This document shows, in pieces, positions 28,552 through 37,661 of a stretch of 64,000 nucleotides of DNA (positions are counted from its first letter, which is position 1; each line of letters opens with the position of its first letter). The stretch comes from an uncultured Lentisphaeria bacterium (GTDB taxonomy: Bacteria; Fidelibacterota; UBA8477; JABMPR01): the NCBI GenBank assembly GCA_964508765.1, contig CAZDVD010000004.1, forward strand, positions 66,784 to 130,783, written 5' to 3'. A program made the translations under genes and the position numbers. Below the pieces are notes generated by a model. It was not told the origin of the DNA. It did no database searches and saw nothing but the letters and a program-made list of their open reading frames with translations.

Positions 28552-31500
28552 ATGGATTTTCTAAAACCTCGTGACATGGTGAAAACCCTCATGGCACTTT
28601 TCGTGCTGGTATTCACCTTTTTGATTTACCTGGACACCATGGCGCCGACGGTTTCATTCTGGGATTGTGGTGAATTTATCGCTGTTTCGCATACCCTAAG
28701 TGTGCCTCACCCTCCTGGCTCACCACTTTATCTCCTCTTGGGGCGAGTCATTTCCATGCTTCCCATTGTAGGTGGCGCTGCCCTTGATCCTGTTTTAAAT
28801 GAACCCCAGTTCCACAATATTGCCTATCGTATCAATCTTTTGTCACCGCTGGCTACTGCTTTTGCCAATATGTTTCTATTTCTTATCATCGTCCGTTTGG
28901 TTGAAGAGTGGCGTGGAAGAATTAAAGAAACAGCCGACAAGTGGATCGCATATGGTGGTGCGTTGGTGGGATCACTCACCATCGCCTTCTCTGATAGCCA
29001 TTGGTTTAATGCAGTGGAAGCTGAAGTTTATTCCATGAGTATCTTTTTTACAGCTATTGTAGTATGGCTAATTCTTAAATGGTCCGAGAAGGTGGACGAA
29101 GGCGGAGCTGGTTCCCGCTACATTCTGATCATCTCCTATATGATGGGTCTGGCCATCTCGGTTCACATGCTCAACTTGCTTACGATTCCATTTATCGCTC
29201 TCATCATGTACATGAAGCTTAATCCTAAAGAGGATGGCATCGAGATGATGACCCATATGCTGGCTGTTGTGGCTATCATGGCCATCGCCCTCTTGATTGG
29301 TGTTGAAATAGCACTCCCCGACACCTCTGGTGAATACATGCGTCTTCCCTCCAGTGATTTGAGCTCAGCACTTATGGTTCTCGGGGTGATTTTTGCCATT
29401 ATAACCGGTGGTGGACTCTGGGGTTTATCCCAGGCTTTTAAGGGTGAACGACGCAGCCGATTCTGGAAGCAAGTTCTGCTTATGGGTGCAGCTGGCGCTT
29501 CTTATCTCGTCATATATCTTGGAATTATCAAGGGCATGCCCAAACTGGCCAACTTCATGGGCAACATGATGAATACGGAGAATGCCGTATCAGCCATTGG
29601 CGCTACATTTACAGTAAGTATTCTCATTCTCATGGCTTTGATCTGGTTTGCTCCATCAATCTATCGTGCCCGTGCAACTGAGATCAGACTTTCTGTAATG
29701 GCTCTTCTCATGGTACTTGTGGGTTTCACCTCTTACGAAACCATATTCATCCGTTCAGCCCAAAACCCTAATATTGATGAAAATGATCCTGAAACTGTAT
29801 CTCGAGCCGTATCCTATCTGGAACGTGAGCAGTATGGTAGTTATCCCATGTTTTACCGCGATCGCTGGGGTGAAACCCCCCTCAATAGAAATTCTGCAAC
29901 TCCTGGACGTGTTGTCAAGATCAACAGCACCGGAAAAATCGGAGAGGTTGTTTCTGTTAATGGAGATCAGGTTGTGGTGGGTGTTGGAGGACGAGATGTT
30001 AATCAGCGGATGAACAATTTGAGTGTCATCAATGGTGGTTATCGATCGAATTCAGAGTTTTTCTGGCGATATCAGATAAATAAAATGTACATCCGTTACT
30101 TTGCCTGGCAATTCTGGGGACGAGATGGGGATAGACCGGATGTTTCTCAGCTCTGGGGCATTCCCTTTCTTTTGGGTCTAGCGGGAATGATTCATCATTT
30201 TTCCAAGGATTCACGCCGAGCTTTTGCTGTAATGGCTCTATTTATGCTGACAGGATTTGCCATCCTGCTCTACCTTAATCAGGATGATCCCCAACCGCGC
30301 GAGCGAGACTATTCGTATGTGGGGTCCTTTTACGCCTTTGCCATCTGGATAGGTATAGGTGCAGCCGCCCTCCTTGAAAAACTCAAAGATTGGCGCAAAG
30401 ATTCTCCAATATATTTTGGTTCAGCCATAGCAATAATGCTCCTGGCCGCACCAGCGAATATGCTGAAAGCCAATTATCATACACATGATCGTTCCGGCAA
30501 TTATGTCGCCTGGGAATATTCATATAACTTGCTCAATACCTGCGAGCCCGATGCCATCCTTTTTACAAATGGAGATAACGACACCTTCCCACTCTGGTAT
30601 TTACAGGAGGTAGAGGGGATACGCAAGGATGTGCGTGTGGTTAACTTGAGTCTGCTCAACACGCCCTGGTACATCAAACAATTAAAACACATGGAGCCGA
30701 AGGTCCCCATCAGTCTCGAGGATGACGAAATTGAAAAGATGAGTCTCTGGAGATGGGAGGAACGTCAAATGACCCTTCCTGGACCGACTCGTTCTGGTGA
30801 TAAGCCGGAATCTGGATCCTTGGAACAGGACTCAGCCGGTATTACCTGGAATTTGCAGCCTACCATCTCAAGGCAAAAAAATCCCCAAACGGGCAAACTC
30901 ATGGGCGGTCTACGCGTACAGGACATCATGATTTTTGATATCATGCGGATGAATGAATGGAAACAACCCATATACTTTGCCGTAACCGTTTCCCCCAGTA
31001 ATCAAATTGGTCTGGGAGATTACCTGCGTATGGATGGACAAGCTTATCAAGTGATGCCATATAAGGTGGGCCTGAGTATCGATGTGGATGTCATGTATGA
31101 CAAAATCATTGACACATATCGCTATACCAACCTGGATGACCCAGATGTGTACTATCCACCAAATGTCCAGCGTCTGCTACAAAATTACCGCAAGGGTTTC
31201 CTCCAGCTCGTTTATGAATATGGTTTAGATGGTGATGAGAACCGCGCGAAGGCCCTGCATGTCCTGCACAAAATGGACGAACTGGTTCCCGATGAAACCA
31301 TTCCTGTGACTTATATGGATCTTTATCTTCAAATCGCTCAGATGTATTACCAGCTTGAAGATGACTCCAGCGCCTATCGCTATATGGAAAATGCCTTTAG
31401 TAACGGTCGTGAAAACGCCCCTCTCATGGAGCGGGTCAAGGTTGCTTCCATCTGGAACGACCTCTTTGATGAGACGGAGAAAAGTTTGGATATCCTGCTT

Positions 31501-31692
31501 CCCCTCAGCATGGAAGCGCCTATGAATGCACAGCTCATCTACGAGATTGCCCGCGCCTATGTGAAAGACGGCAACACGGTTGATGGTGAGGAGTGGGTCT
31601 CTCGTCTGGCCGCAATCGCGCCTATGGCCAGAGAAACCCGTACCCTTCAGAATGCGATAACCAAGCTCAAGGCAGACTCGACGGATTCATAA
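28552..31692 (+). CDS. DUF2723 family large polytopic membrane protein (putative GT-C-like glycosyltransferase) with a C-terminal TPR region
   Basis: 1046 aa. The N-terminal YLDTMAPTVSFWDCGEFIAVSHTLSVPHPPGSPLY is characteristic of DUF2723. About 11 TM helices and a soluble C-terminal helical/TPR-like domain are present. Confidence 0.65.
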   Translation: MDFLKPRDMVKTLMALFVLVFTFLIYLDTMAPTVSFWDCGEFIAVSHTLSVPHPPGSPLYLLLGRVISMLPIVGGAALDPVLNEPQFHNIAYRINLLSPLATAFANMFLFLIIVRLVEEWRGRIKETADKWIAYGGALVGSLTIAFSDSHWFNAVEAEVYSMSIFFTAIVVWLILKWSEKVDEGGAGSRYILIISYMMGLAISVHMLNLLTIPFIALIMYMKLNPKEDGIEMMTHMLAVVAIMAIALLIGVEIALPDTSGEYMRLPSSDLSSALMVLGVIFAIITGGGLWGLSQAFKGERRSRFWKQVLLMGAAGASYLVIYLGIIKGMPKLANFMGNMMNTENAVSAIGATFTVSILILMALIWFAPSIYRARATEIRLSVMALLMVLVGFTSYETIFIRSAQNPNIDENDPETVSRAVSYLEREQYGSYPMFYRDRWGETPLNRNSATPGRVVKINSTGKIGEVVSVNGDQVVVGVGGRDVNQRMNNLSVINGGYRSNSEFFWRYQINKMYIRYFAWQFWGRDGDRPDVSQLWGIPFLLGLAGMIHHFSKDSRRAFAVMALFMLTGFAILLYLNQDDPQPRERDYSYVGSFYAFAIWIGIGAAALLEKLKDWRKDSPIYFGSAIAIMLLAAPANMLKANYHTHDRSGNYVAWEYSYNLLNTCEPDAILFTNGDNDTFPLWYLQEVEGIRKDVRVVNLSLLNTPWYIKQLKHMEPKVPISLEDDEIEKMSLWRWEERQMTLPGPTRSGDKPESGSLEQDSAGITWNLQPTISRQKNPQTGKLMGGLRVQDIMIFDIMRMNEWKQPIYFAVTVSPSNQIGLGDYLRMDGQAYQVMPYKVGLSIDVDVMYDKIIDTYRYTNLDDPDVYYPPNVQRLLQNYRKGFLQLVYEYGLDGDENRAKALHVLHKMDELVPDETIPVTYMDLYLQIAQMYYQLEDDSSAYRYMENAFSNGRENAPLMERVKVASIWNDLFDETEKSLDILLPLSMEAPMNAQLIYEIARAYVKDGNTVDGEEWVSRLAAIAPMARETRTLQNAITKLKADSTDS

Positions 31693-31722
31693 GTCTTTAG
31701 CCTGACAGACAAAGAAACTCAA

Positions 31723-31751
31723 AGCCCCGGATTATTTCGGGGCTTTTTTTT
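31723..31751 (+). terminator. Rho-independent terminator after the DUF2723 gene
   Basis: AGCCCCG gattattt CGGGGCT followed by TTTTTTT. Confidence 0.6.
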
Positions 31752-31815
31752 AAAACTTCCATGGTTATTTTTAAAAAATAATCTTTAGATTAAGCACCAA
31801 CCCCGGGAGACTCCT

Positions 31816-32178
31816 TTGAATAGAAAAAGTCCGAGCTGCAATTCCAAAAAAACGGGTCGTCCATTAATGGAATATGACTCCAAGGCCGAGGCAAACTCTG
31901 CGGCCAAGCACGCCAATCTTAACTATGCTGGAAACCACATGGTTCCGTATAAGTGTAGCAAATGCGGATTCTGGCACCTTTCACCAGAAGATCGGCAAAC
32001 CCCTAGCAAGACCTGTACAATTTGCCGAGGCGCGGATGGTAACTTGAAAGAGTCCTATGCCACGGAACGTGATGCTCTCCGACGAGCGGGTCATCTGCGT
32101 AAGGAGCAGGGTGTTAAATTACATGTTTATGAATGCGAACACGGGAACGGCTGGCATTTAACAAAAAATCAGAATTAG
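31816..32178 (+). CDS. hypothetical protein with two tandem Cys-containing modules (putative zinc ribbon)
   Basis: 120 aa with the internal duplication ...NYAGNHMVPYKCSKCGFWHLS... and ...KEQGVKLHVYECEHGNGWHLT.... The start is uncertain; an internal Met at ~31867 is possible. Confidence 0.35.
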   Translation: MNRKSPSCNSKKTGRPLMEYDSKAEANSAAKHANLNYAGNHMVPYKCSKCGFWHLSPEDRQTPSKTCTICRGADGNLKESYATERDALRRAGHLRKEQGVKLHVYECEHGNGWHLTKNQN

Positions 32179-32504
32179 CTTTCCAGAGGATCAATGGTGG
32201 ATTGCCATTGATATTGCCGTAAGGGTATCACCCCGGCAACCGTGAATACCACACCTTCATCTTCCAATAATTTCCGCTGAACCGCTCCACCCATATCGAG
32301 GTTCAAACTGATTTTGCCCTGTGCATTGATAACTCGGTGCCAGGGAATATCATCTGATGGAACCGCATGGAGAGCATAGCCCACCTGCCGTGCTTGACGG
32401 TAATACCCAGCCAATGTGGCGATTTGTCCGTAGGTGGCAACCTTACCTGCAGGAATCTGCTTCACCACAGAATAAATCTGTTCCCATTTACTAAGTTTGG
32501 TCAT
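32175..32504 (-). CDS. alkyltransferase-like protein (ATL; MGMT DNA-binding domain with Trp replacing the active-site Cys)
   Basis: 109 aa. YGQIA...PWHRVIN replaces the PCHRV of O6-alkylguanine transferases, which is the hallmark of ATL proteins. No N-terminal methyl-acceptor-independent domain is present. Confidence 0.7.
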   Translation of the reverse strand: MTKLSKWEQIYSVVKQIPAGKVATYGQIATLAGYYRQARQVGYALHAVPSDDIPWHRVINAQGKISLNLDMGGAVQRKLLEDEGVVFTVAGVIPLRQYQWQSTIDPLES

Positions 32505-32535
32505 TTACACCTGCTTCATTAATATAACGGTTTTG

Positions 32536-32770
32536 CATTGCATGAGTAGTCATTGCGAGGACACCGCTTTAGGCGGGGGACGTGGCAATCTCTATTTTCG
32601 AGATCGCCGCAGTCCTTACACTCCCTCGCGAAGACAGTAAACAAGGACATTGTGCTTGTCGAAGGGTTTCATCAGATAGCAACATCCTCGATGACAAAGA
32701 GTCGACGTTCCGCTCACGCTTCGTCCCTCGACTCCGCCGGGATGACACATGCTCAGCGTGACGACTTAAT
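32536..32770. repeat. intergenic inverted-repeat element, copy B (two sub-units)
   Basis: AGTCATTGCGAGGACACC ... CACTCCCTCGCGAAGACAGT form inverted termini. It shares CGAGATCGCCGC and ATAGCAACATC with copy A. Confidence 0.5.
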
Positions 32771-32829
32771 GACCTAATTACGGCGGTTCAAGCTAGCTCA
32801 GTCATCGATAATGAGAATTGCCTCTTTCT

Positions 32830-33267
32830 CTACTCCACCCGCTGGAGGGTAAGGATCGTTTTGAATAAGAGATAGCCCTCATCTCGGGTTCCATCATTGG
32901 CCACATTGTCCTTAATCTCAAGACGCATCTCATCATCATCAATATCACACTGATAGATAGCTCTACCACCCACAAAAGCAGGTGTCTTTGCTACCTCAAC
33001 ATAGGTGGTCAACTCCGTGCCTGACAATTCATAGCGACCCGTATTGGTCACGATGGAGTTATAACTCTGAACCTTTTCTGCATCATTTGGATGCCACTGA
33101 TCGGCATAGGCTTCCTGCTGCACTTTTAGAGGCATCCAGGTCATACTATAATGATCCTCTGTAAAAATGAAGAGACCAGGAAGTGCTGGGTCAATGGTCG
33201 TGACGTCTTCGCCAGATACATAAACGACAGTCAATAGCTTCCACACACCAACAATGGCATTCCCCAT
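32830..33267 (-). CDS. hypothetical lipocalin-like domain protein
   Basis: 145 aa. MGNAIVGVWKLLTVVYVSGED... resembles lipocalin-like (DUF, calycin) beta-barrel N-termini. No catalytic motifs. Confidence 0.35.
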   Translation of the reverse strand: MGNAIVGVWKLLTVVYVSGEDVTTIDPALPGLFIFTEDHYSMTWMPLKVQQEAYADQWHPNDAEKVQSYNSIVTNTGRYELSGTELTTYVEVAKTPAFVGGRAIYQCDIDDDEMRLEIKDNVANDGTRDEGYLLFKTILTLQRVE

Positions 33268-33271
33268 AGCT

Positions 33272-33727
33272 CTAGCCCTTCTTTTTCTTTCTGGACTTAC
33301 GCTTCTTCTTTTTTATCAGATGTCTATTCTCATGGAAAAAACTGGCCATGATTTTCGAGACCGCAGCAGGAACCACTTTTTTAATGGCTTGCTTGGGAGT
33401 GAGCAATTTCCGCTTTCGAAAATGTTTCTCATCCCAGTTGTCTTTGAGCTTGGTGACCTCCATGTAATAGAGACGCACCTTGTAGCTACCCCCCAGTTTT
33501 TCATAGGTGTAGGTCCCGATTTCATCAGGAAGAACTTCTCCTTTGATTCCGGCTTCCTCCAAGGCTTCCTTGGCAGCAGATTCCTGGGCTGAAAGCTCCC
33601 AGTCAATGGATCCCTTGGGAATAATCCAGCGTTTGCTACCTCGGGCGGTAATAACCACTACCCTCCCCTTGCAAACAGGGATCACCCCAGACTGTTTAAA
33701 ATATTTTAGCTTTATTTTTGAAGACAT
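33272..33727 (-). CDS. NUDIX hydrolase
   Basis: 151 aa with a Nudix box: GSIDWELSAQESAAKEALEEAGIKG. The C-terminus is a lysine-rich tail. Confidence 0.8.
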   Translation of the reverse strand: MSSKIKLKYFKQSGVIPVCKGRVVVITARGSKRWIIPKGSIDWELSAQESAAKEALEEAGIKGEVLPDEIGTYTYEKLGGSYKVRLYYMEVTKLKDNWDEKHFRKRKLLTPKQAIKKVVPAAVSKIMASFFHENRHLIKKKKRKSRKKKKG

Positions 33728-33745
33728 CTAATCGAATACAAAAGA

Positions 33746-34363
33746 CTAAGGGTTTCTTAATTCTGCGATGCGCTTAACCAGGCTACCGTCTTCCAGGTAA
33801 CGATAGATATCCTTACCAGGACACAAAGTCTCTGTATAGTCTTTATGGCTTTTGATCAGGTCATTGGATACAGCATACTTATCTGCCAGCATGGCTGTCA
33901 ACAGGGCGAGTTGTTCGAACTGGATTTTACTCAGAATCTGGTGCTCATAATTGCCCATAACGCAAATAAGGGCATGTCCACGTACATCATAGTCCGTGTT
34001 TGTGTCACCAGGATATTCGATGGGACGTGCTTCATAGATATTTCCCTTCAAGTCAATCATATAGTGATAAGGATTATCAATCCAGTTTTTGTCAGATCGA
34101 CTCCAGGATTGTAAACCAATCAAATATTTGATAGCATCCTTGTCTTCGGGGAAATCCTCACCGCCGTGATGGATGGTGATGTATTTGATCTCATGAGTTG
34201 GAATGGTATCAGTGAGAGAGACCCATCCCCATTCAGCGCGTGTCATAATCTCAAGTTGGGGGGCAATAGGTTCAGGTGTAACTGTCACCACATTTTCCAC
34301 CTGGGGGGTGCAACAAGCCAGGAATAGTGCAGCAACAAGTACGAGGAGAATTCTTGGGGCCAT
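33746..34363 (-). CDS. N-acetylmuramoyl-L-alanine amidase (Amidase_2/PGRP-like) lipoprotein
   Basis: 205 aa with a signal peptide and Cys (LFLACCT). ITIHHGGE...HYMIDLKGNIYEARP...VRGHA...CPGKD matches the amidase_2 Zn-binding pattern. Confidence 0.75.
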   Translation of the reverse strand: MAPRILLVLVAALFLACCTPQVENVVTVTPEPIAPQLEIMTRAEWGWVSLTDTIPTHEIKYITIHHGGEDFPEDKDAIKYLIGLQSWSRSDKNWIDNPYHYMIDLKGNIYEARPIEYPGDTNTDYDVRGHALICVMGNYEHQILSKIQFEQLALLTAMLADKYAVSNDLIKSHKDYTETLCPGKDIYRYLEDGSLVKRIAELRNP

Positions 34364-34382
34364 TTTCGTTTCTTTCTTTTGA

Positions 34383-34997
34383 TTACAAGGTATTGAGTGA
34401 CTGGCCTGAAGTCAGCATATTTATACATTTCTTAATGCGATTCTGGCGAGTCGTTTCTCTTTTGGCCTGAGCAATCCATCCTAAGTATTGCTGTCGATGA
34501 GATGGTGGAAGTTTGTCCCACTTGTTCCTGAGACCTATTGAGGCTTCCAGGGCTGATGCTAATACCCGGGATATTTCAAATTGATTGGGACTCGTGCGAA
34601 TCACATCCCACTCCCCTGTGGCTCGGGCATGATCGATGAGAACCTGACCAGGTGCTTCAATGAGACCTGCCTCCTCAAGTTTGCTTACGCGTTTCTTGTT
34701 AACTTCTGACCACTGACTGTCAGGTTTCCGAGGTGTAAACTTCTGCATATACTTTTCATCATCAATGCCTTTGACCAGACTATCAATCCAACCAAAACAG
34801 ATAGCATCATCCAGTGCTTCAATTTTGGTAATTGTTTGTTTACCTGAATCTTTTTTATAGATAACCAGCCATACCTCATCACGATTACTATAATTGTGCT
34901 CCAACCATTCTCGCCATTCCATGCGAGATTTCACACGCAATGCTGGTTTTCCATCGATGAAATGATTCTGTATCTCAGTCCCATTTTGGAATGTCAA
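34383..34997 (-). CDS. YdeI/OmpD-associated family protein
   Basis: 204 aa. WREWLEHNYSNRDEVWLVIYKK...CFGWIDSL is typical of YdeI/DUF1801-like 'bacteriocin-protection' family proteins. Confidence 0.55.
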   Translation of the reverse strand: MTFQNGTEIQNHFIDGKPALRVKSRMEWREWLEHNYSNRDEVWLVIYKKDSGKQTITKIEALDDAICFGWIDSLVKGIDDEKYMQKFTPRKPDSQWSEVNKKRVSKLEEAGLIEAPGQVLIDHARATGEWDVIRTSPNQFEISRVLASALEASIGLRNKWDKLPPSHRQQYLGWIAQAKRETTRQNRIKKCINMLTSGQSLNTL

Positions 34998-35112
34998 AAT
35001 ATAGTCTCCTCCTTTTTAATTCAAATGATCCACTCTCTGAAAACTGCAAGAACATAAAAAAATTTGCGTTTTCTGATTTCGGAGTATTTTCATGGCAGAA
35101 AAGGAGTCTTCA

Positions 35113-35877
35113 ATGCGGATAGTTTCATGGAATGTTAACGGTATACGTGCCGTTGTTAAAAAGGGTTTTTGGGATTGGTTTAACCTGGCTACACCGGATA
35201 TTATGTGCTTTCAAGAAACCAAGGCACAGCCTGATCAACTGGATGAGTCTTTGACAAAACCTCTGGGATATCATGCCTATTATCATTCGGCAGAAAGAAA
35301 AGGCTACAGCAGTGTGGCAACTTGGTGTAAAACAGAACCTCTTTCTGTAGAGACAGCCATTTTGGATGATGCATTCAATCGTGAAGGCCGCATTGTCCTC
35401 ACCGAGCAAAAAAAATTCTTTTTGTATAATGTCTACTTCCCCAATGGACAAAAAGATCAGGACCGCCTCGATTATAAATTACGTTTTTATGGTGCCTTAC
35501 AGGAACACATCAGAGAGAAGGATAAAATTAAGCCGGTAATTGTCGTGGGCGATTTTAACACGGCTCATACAGATCTTGACCTTGCTCGTCCAAAGCCCAA
35601 TGAAAAAACCTCAGGCTTTCTACCTGAAGAGCGAGTTTGGATAGACCGATATCTGGATACGGGATTTGTTGACACCTTTCGTCAGGAGCATCCTGGCGAC
35701 AAAGGTTACTATTCCTGGTGGAGCTTTCGATCCAATGCCCGCGTTAACAATGTGGGTTGGAGAATTGACTACTTCCTGGTCAGCGAAAAAATTGCTGATG
35801 CTGTGGATGCTTCCCGTATTCATCCCAACGTCACCGGTTCTGATCACTGCCCCATCAGCCTCGTCCTTAAGGCTTAA
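35113..35877 (+). CDS. xth: exodeoxyribonuclease III
   Basis: MRIVSWNVNGIRA start is preceded by AAGGAG (the ORF track begins 21 nt earlier at 35092). ExoIII/AP-endonuclease motifs are present throughout (IMCFQETK, GDFNTAH, SDHCPI). Confidence 0.85.
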   Translation: MRIVSWNVNGIRAVVKKGFWDWFNLATPDIMCFQETKAQPDQLDESLTKPLGYHAYYHSAERKGYSSVATWCKTEPLSVETAILDDAFNREGRIVLTEQKKFFLYNVYFPNGQKDQDRLDYKLRFYGALQEHIREKDKIKPVIVVGDFNTAHTDLDLARPKPNEKTSGFLPEERVWIDRYLDTGFVDTFRQEHPGDKGYYSWWSFRSNARVNNVGWRIDYFLVSEKIADAVDASRIHPNVTGSDHCPISLVLKA

Positions 35878-36090
35878 TTATCTTCTTGTACAAAAAGTTT
35901 TCAACCGCGAAGGGCACAAAGAGCGCAAAAAAAGTGAAATACGAAACGCTCACAACCCCTTCTCAATCTCAGGGAAGAAATGATCAATGGTTATGAGTTC
36001 TATCCTGCTGATAAATATTCAAACTTTGCGTCCTCAGCGTCCTTTGCGGTTTGACTGTGCGATTTCCACATTCAATTTGGCTGAAGTTTA

Positions 36091-36888
36091 GTGCCTGAAC
36101 TTCCTGAAGTAGAAACCGTCGTACGAGGTCTTCAGAACACCATCGTAGGTGAGACCATCGTGGATTTGGAAGTTCCCTGGGAAAAAGCCCTGGTAGCCGA
36201 TGATCCATATGAGTCCATTGTTGGCAAAGCCATCACGGGGGTGCGTCGAAGAGCCAAATATATTGTTATTGAGTTAGACCACGGCGCCCTGCTTGTTCAT
36301 TTGCGCATGACCGGCAAACTCACACCGGTTTTTCCAGAAAAGCACGTGACTGTTATTCTGAATTTTGAATCAGGAAGTAGTCTGTATTTTCAAGATACAC
36401 GCAAATTTGGGCGCATGGAATATGTCCATAACCCTGATGATACCCTGGACCACCTGGGACCAGAACCACTCAGTGTGGAATTCACTGTGGATGCGTTTTA
36501 TGATATGCTCAGGGGTAAAAAACGGCAGATAAAACCTCTGCTACTGGATCAAACCTTTCTGGCGGGTCTAGGGAACATCTATGTGGATGAGGCTCTTTTC
36601 CAGGCGGGTATTCAACCCTTGAGTATTGCCTCTGTCATACCGAAGGCTCGAGTGGATAGCCTTCATTCAGCAATTCAGTCCATTCTCTCAGCCAGCATTA
36701 AGGCTCAGGGAACCACAGTACTCAATTTTAGTCATGGGGATAATCAGAGTGGGACTTATCAGGCTGCTCTACAGGTTTATGGTCGTAAAGATGAGCCCTG
36801 TCTCATCTGCGATACCCCTGTTACCAAAATCAAGGTTGGTCAGCGAGGTACCCACTATTGCTCGAGCTGTCAGAAGAAATTCACATAA
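36091..36888 (+). CDS. mutM: formamidopyrimidine-DNA glycosylase
   Basis: GTG start giving MPELPEVETVVRGL (catalytic Pro2/Glu3). The H2TH motif and a C-terminal zinc finger (CLICDTPVTKIKVGQRGTHYCSSCQ) are present. Confidence 0.85.
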   Translation: MPELPEVETVVRGLQNTIVGETIVDLEVPWEKALVADDPYESIVGKAITGVRRRAKYIVIELDHGALLVHLRMTGKLTPVFPEKHVTVILNFESGSSLYFQDTRKFGRMEYVHNPDDTLDHLGPEPLSVEFTVDAFYDMLRGKKRQIKPLLLDQTFLAGLGNIYVDEALFQAGIQPLSIASVIPKARVDSLHSAIQSILSASIKAQGTTVLNFSHGDNQSGTYQAALQVYGRKDEPCLICDTPVTKIKVGQRGTHYCSSCQKKFT

Positions 36889-36919
36889 TTATTTTAATGA
36901 TTTTTAAGAAGGAAGTTAT

Positions 36920-37354
36920 ATGCTTTTAGAACAAATCGTTCCCGCTCTCCAGCTTTCCATCGGACCAGTTATTGTCATCTCTGGTGCCGGTCTTGTGTTG
37001 TTATCCATGACCAACCGCTATGCTCGTGTAATTGATCGTGCACGTTCACTGGCTGAAGCACTACGGCAAATTTCAGGTGGAAAAAACCAGCGCATTCAAT
37101 CTCAAATTCAGATTATCTCTCGTCGAGCCCGTAATCTTCGTTTAGCCATAGTGTTTGTTTCCACGTCCTTATTGCTGGCAGCCGTACTGGTAATATCTCT
37201 ATTCCTTATTGCTCTATTCGATCTTCATGCCGTCGGTTTGATTATGGGGCTTTTCATTTTGTGTATGGGTGCATTAAGCATCGGGCTGATTATTTTTATC
37301 CTGGATGTGAATGATTCGATGTCTGCCTTGAAAATTGAAATCGATGGAGAATAA
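36920..37354 (+). CDS. DUF2721 family membrane protein
   Basis: 144 aa with two TM segments. The N-terminal LSIGPVIVISGAGLVLLSMTNRYARV is the DUF2721 signature. The SD AAGGAAG precedes the ATG. Confidence 0.6.
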   Translation: MLLEQIVPALQLSIGPVIVISGAGLVLLSMTNRYARVIDRARSLAEALRQISGGKNQRIQSQIQIISRRARNLRLAIVFVSTSLLLAAVLVISLFLIALFDLHAVGLIMGLFILCMGALSIGLIIFILDVNDSMSALKIEIDGE

Positions 37355-37661
37355 TTGGAGTCGGATAACTAGAATTCTTTTAATGATCTAGATGCCAATG
37401 AAAGCATGTTGTTCCGGCAACACAATCATTCTTATTCATACTTACTTACAGAAACTCACTCCTGAGTAAATCCTACAATTGAGCTATGAACAAGAGGTTT
37501 TCAACCCCCTTCATTTCAATTATTCGGTGAGGAGAAACAACGTGATTCAAAGCAAAAGCATGAAAACCAGTTCTCAATGGATGTGGAGATTTGTTACCTG
37601 AAAGACGGTTCTATTTAGAGATGCGTTAGTTGTTTTCTATTCGAGTTGAGTGATTTATTGA

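Noticed and set aside
33316-33731. ORFs 33316-33606 (-), 33254-33592 (+) and 33543-33731 (+) overlapping the NUDIX gene
   Set aside because: The NUDIX frame has an intact Nudix box, and these alternatives have no motif of their own.
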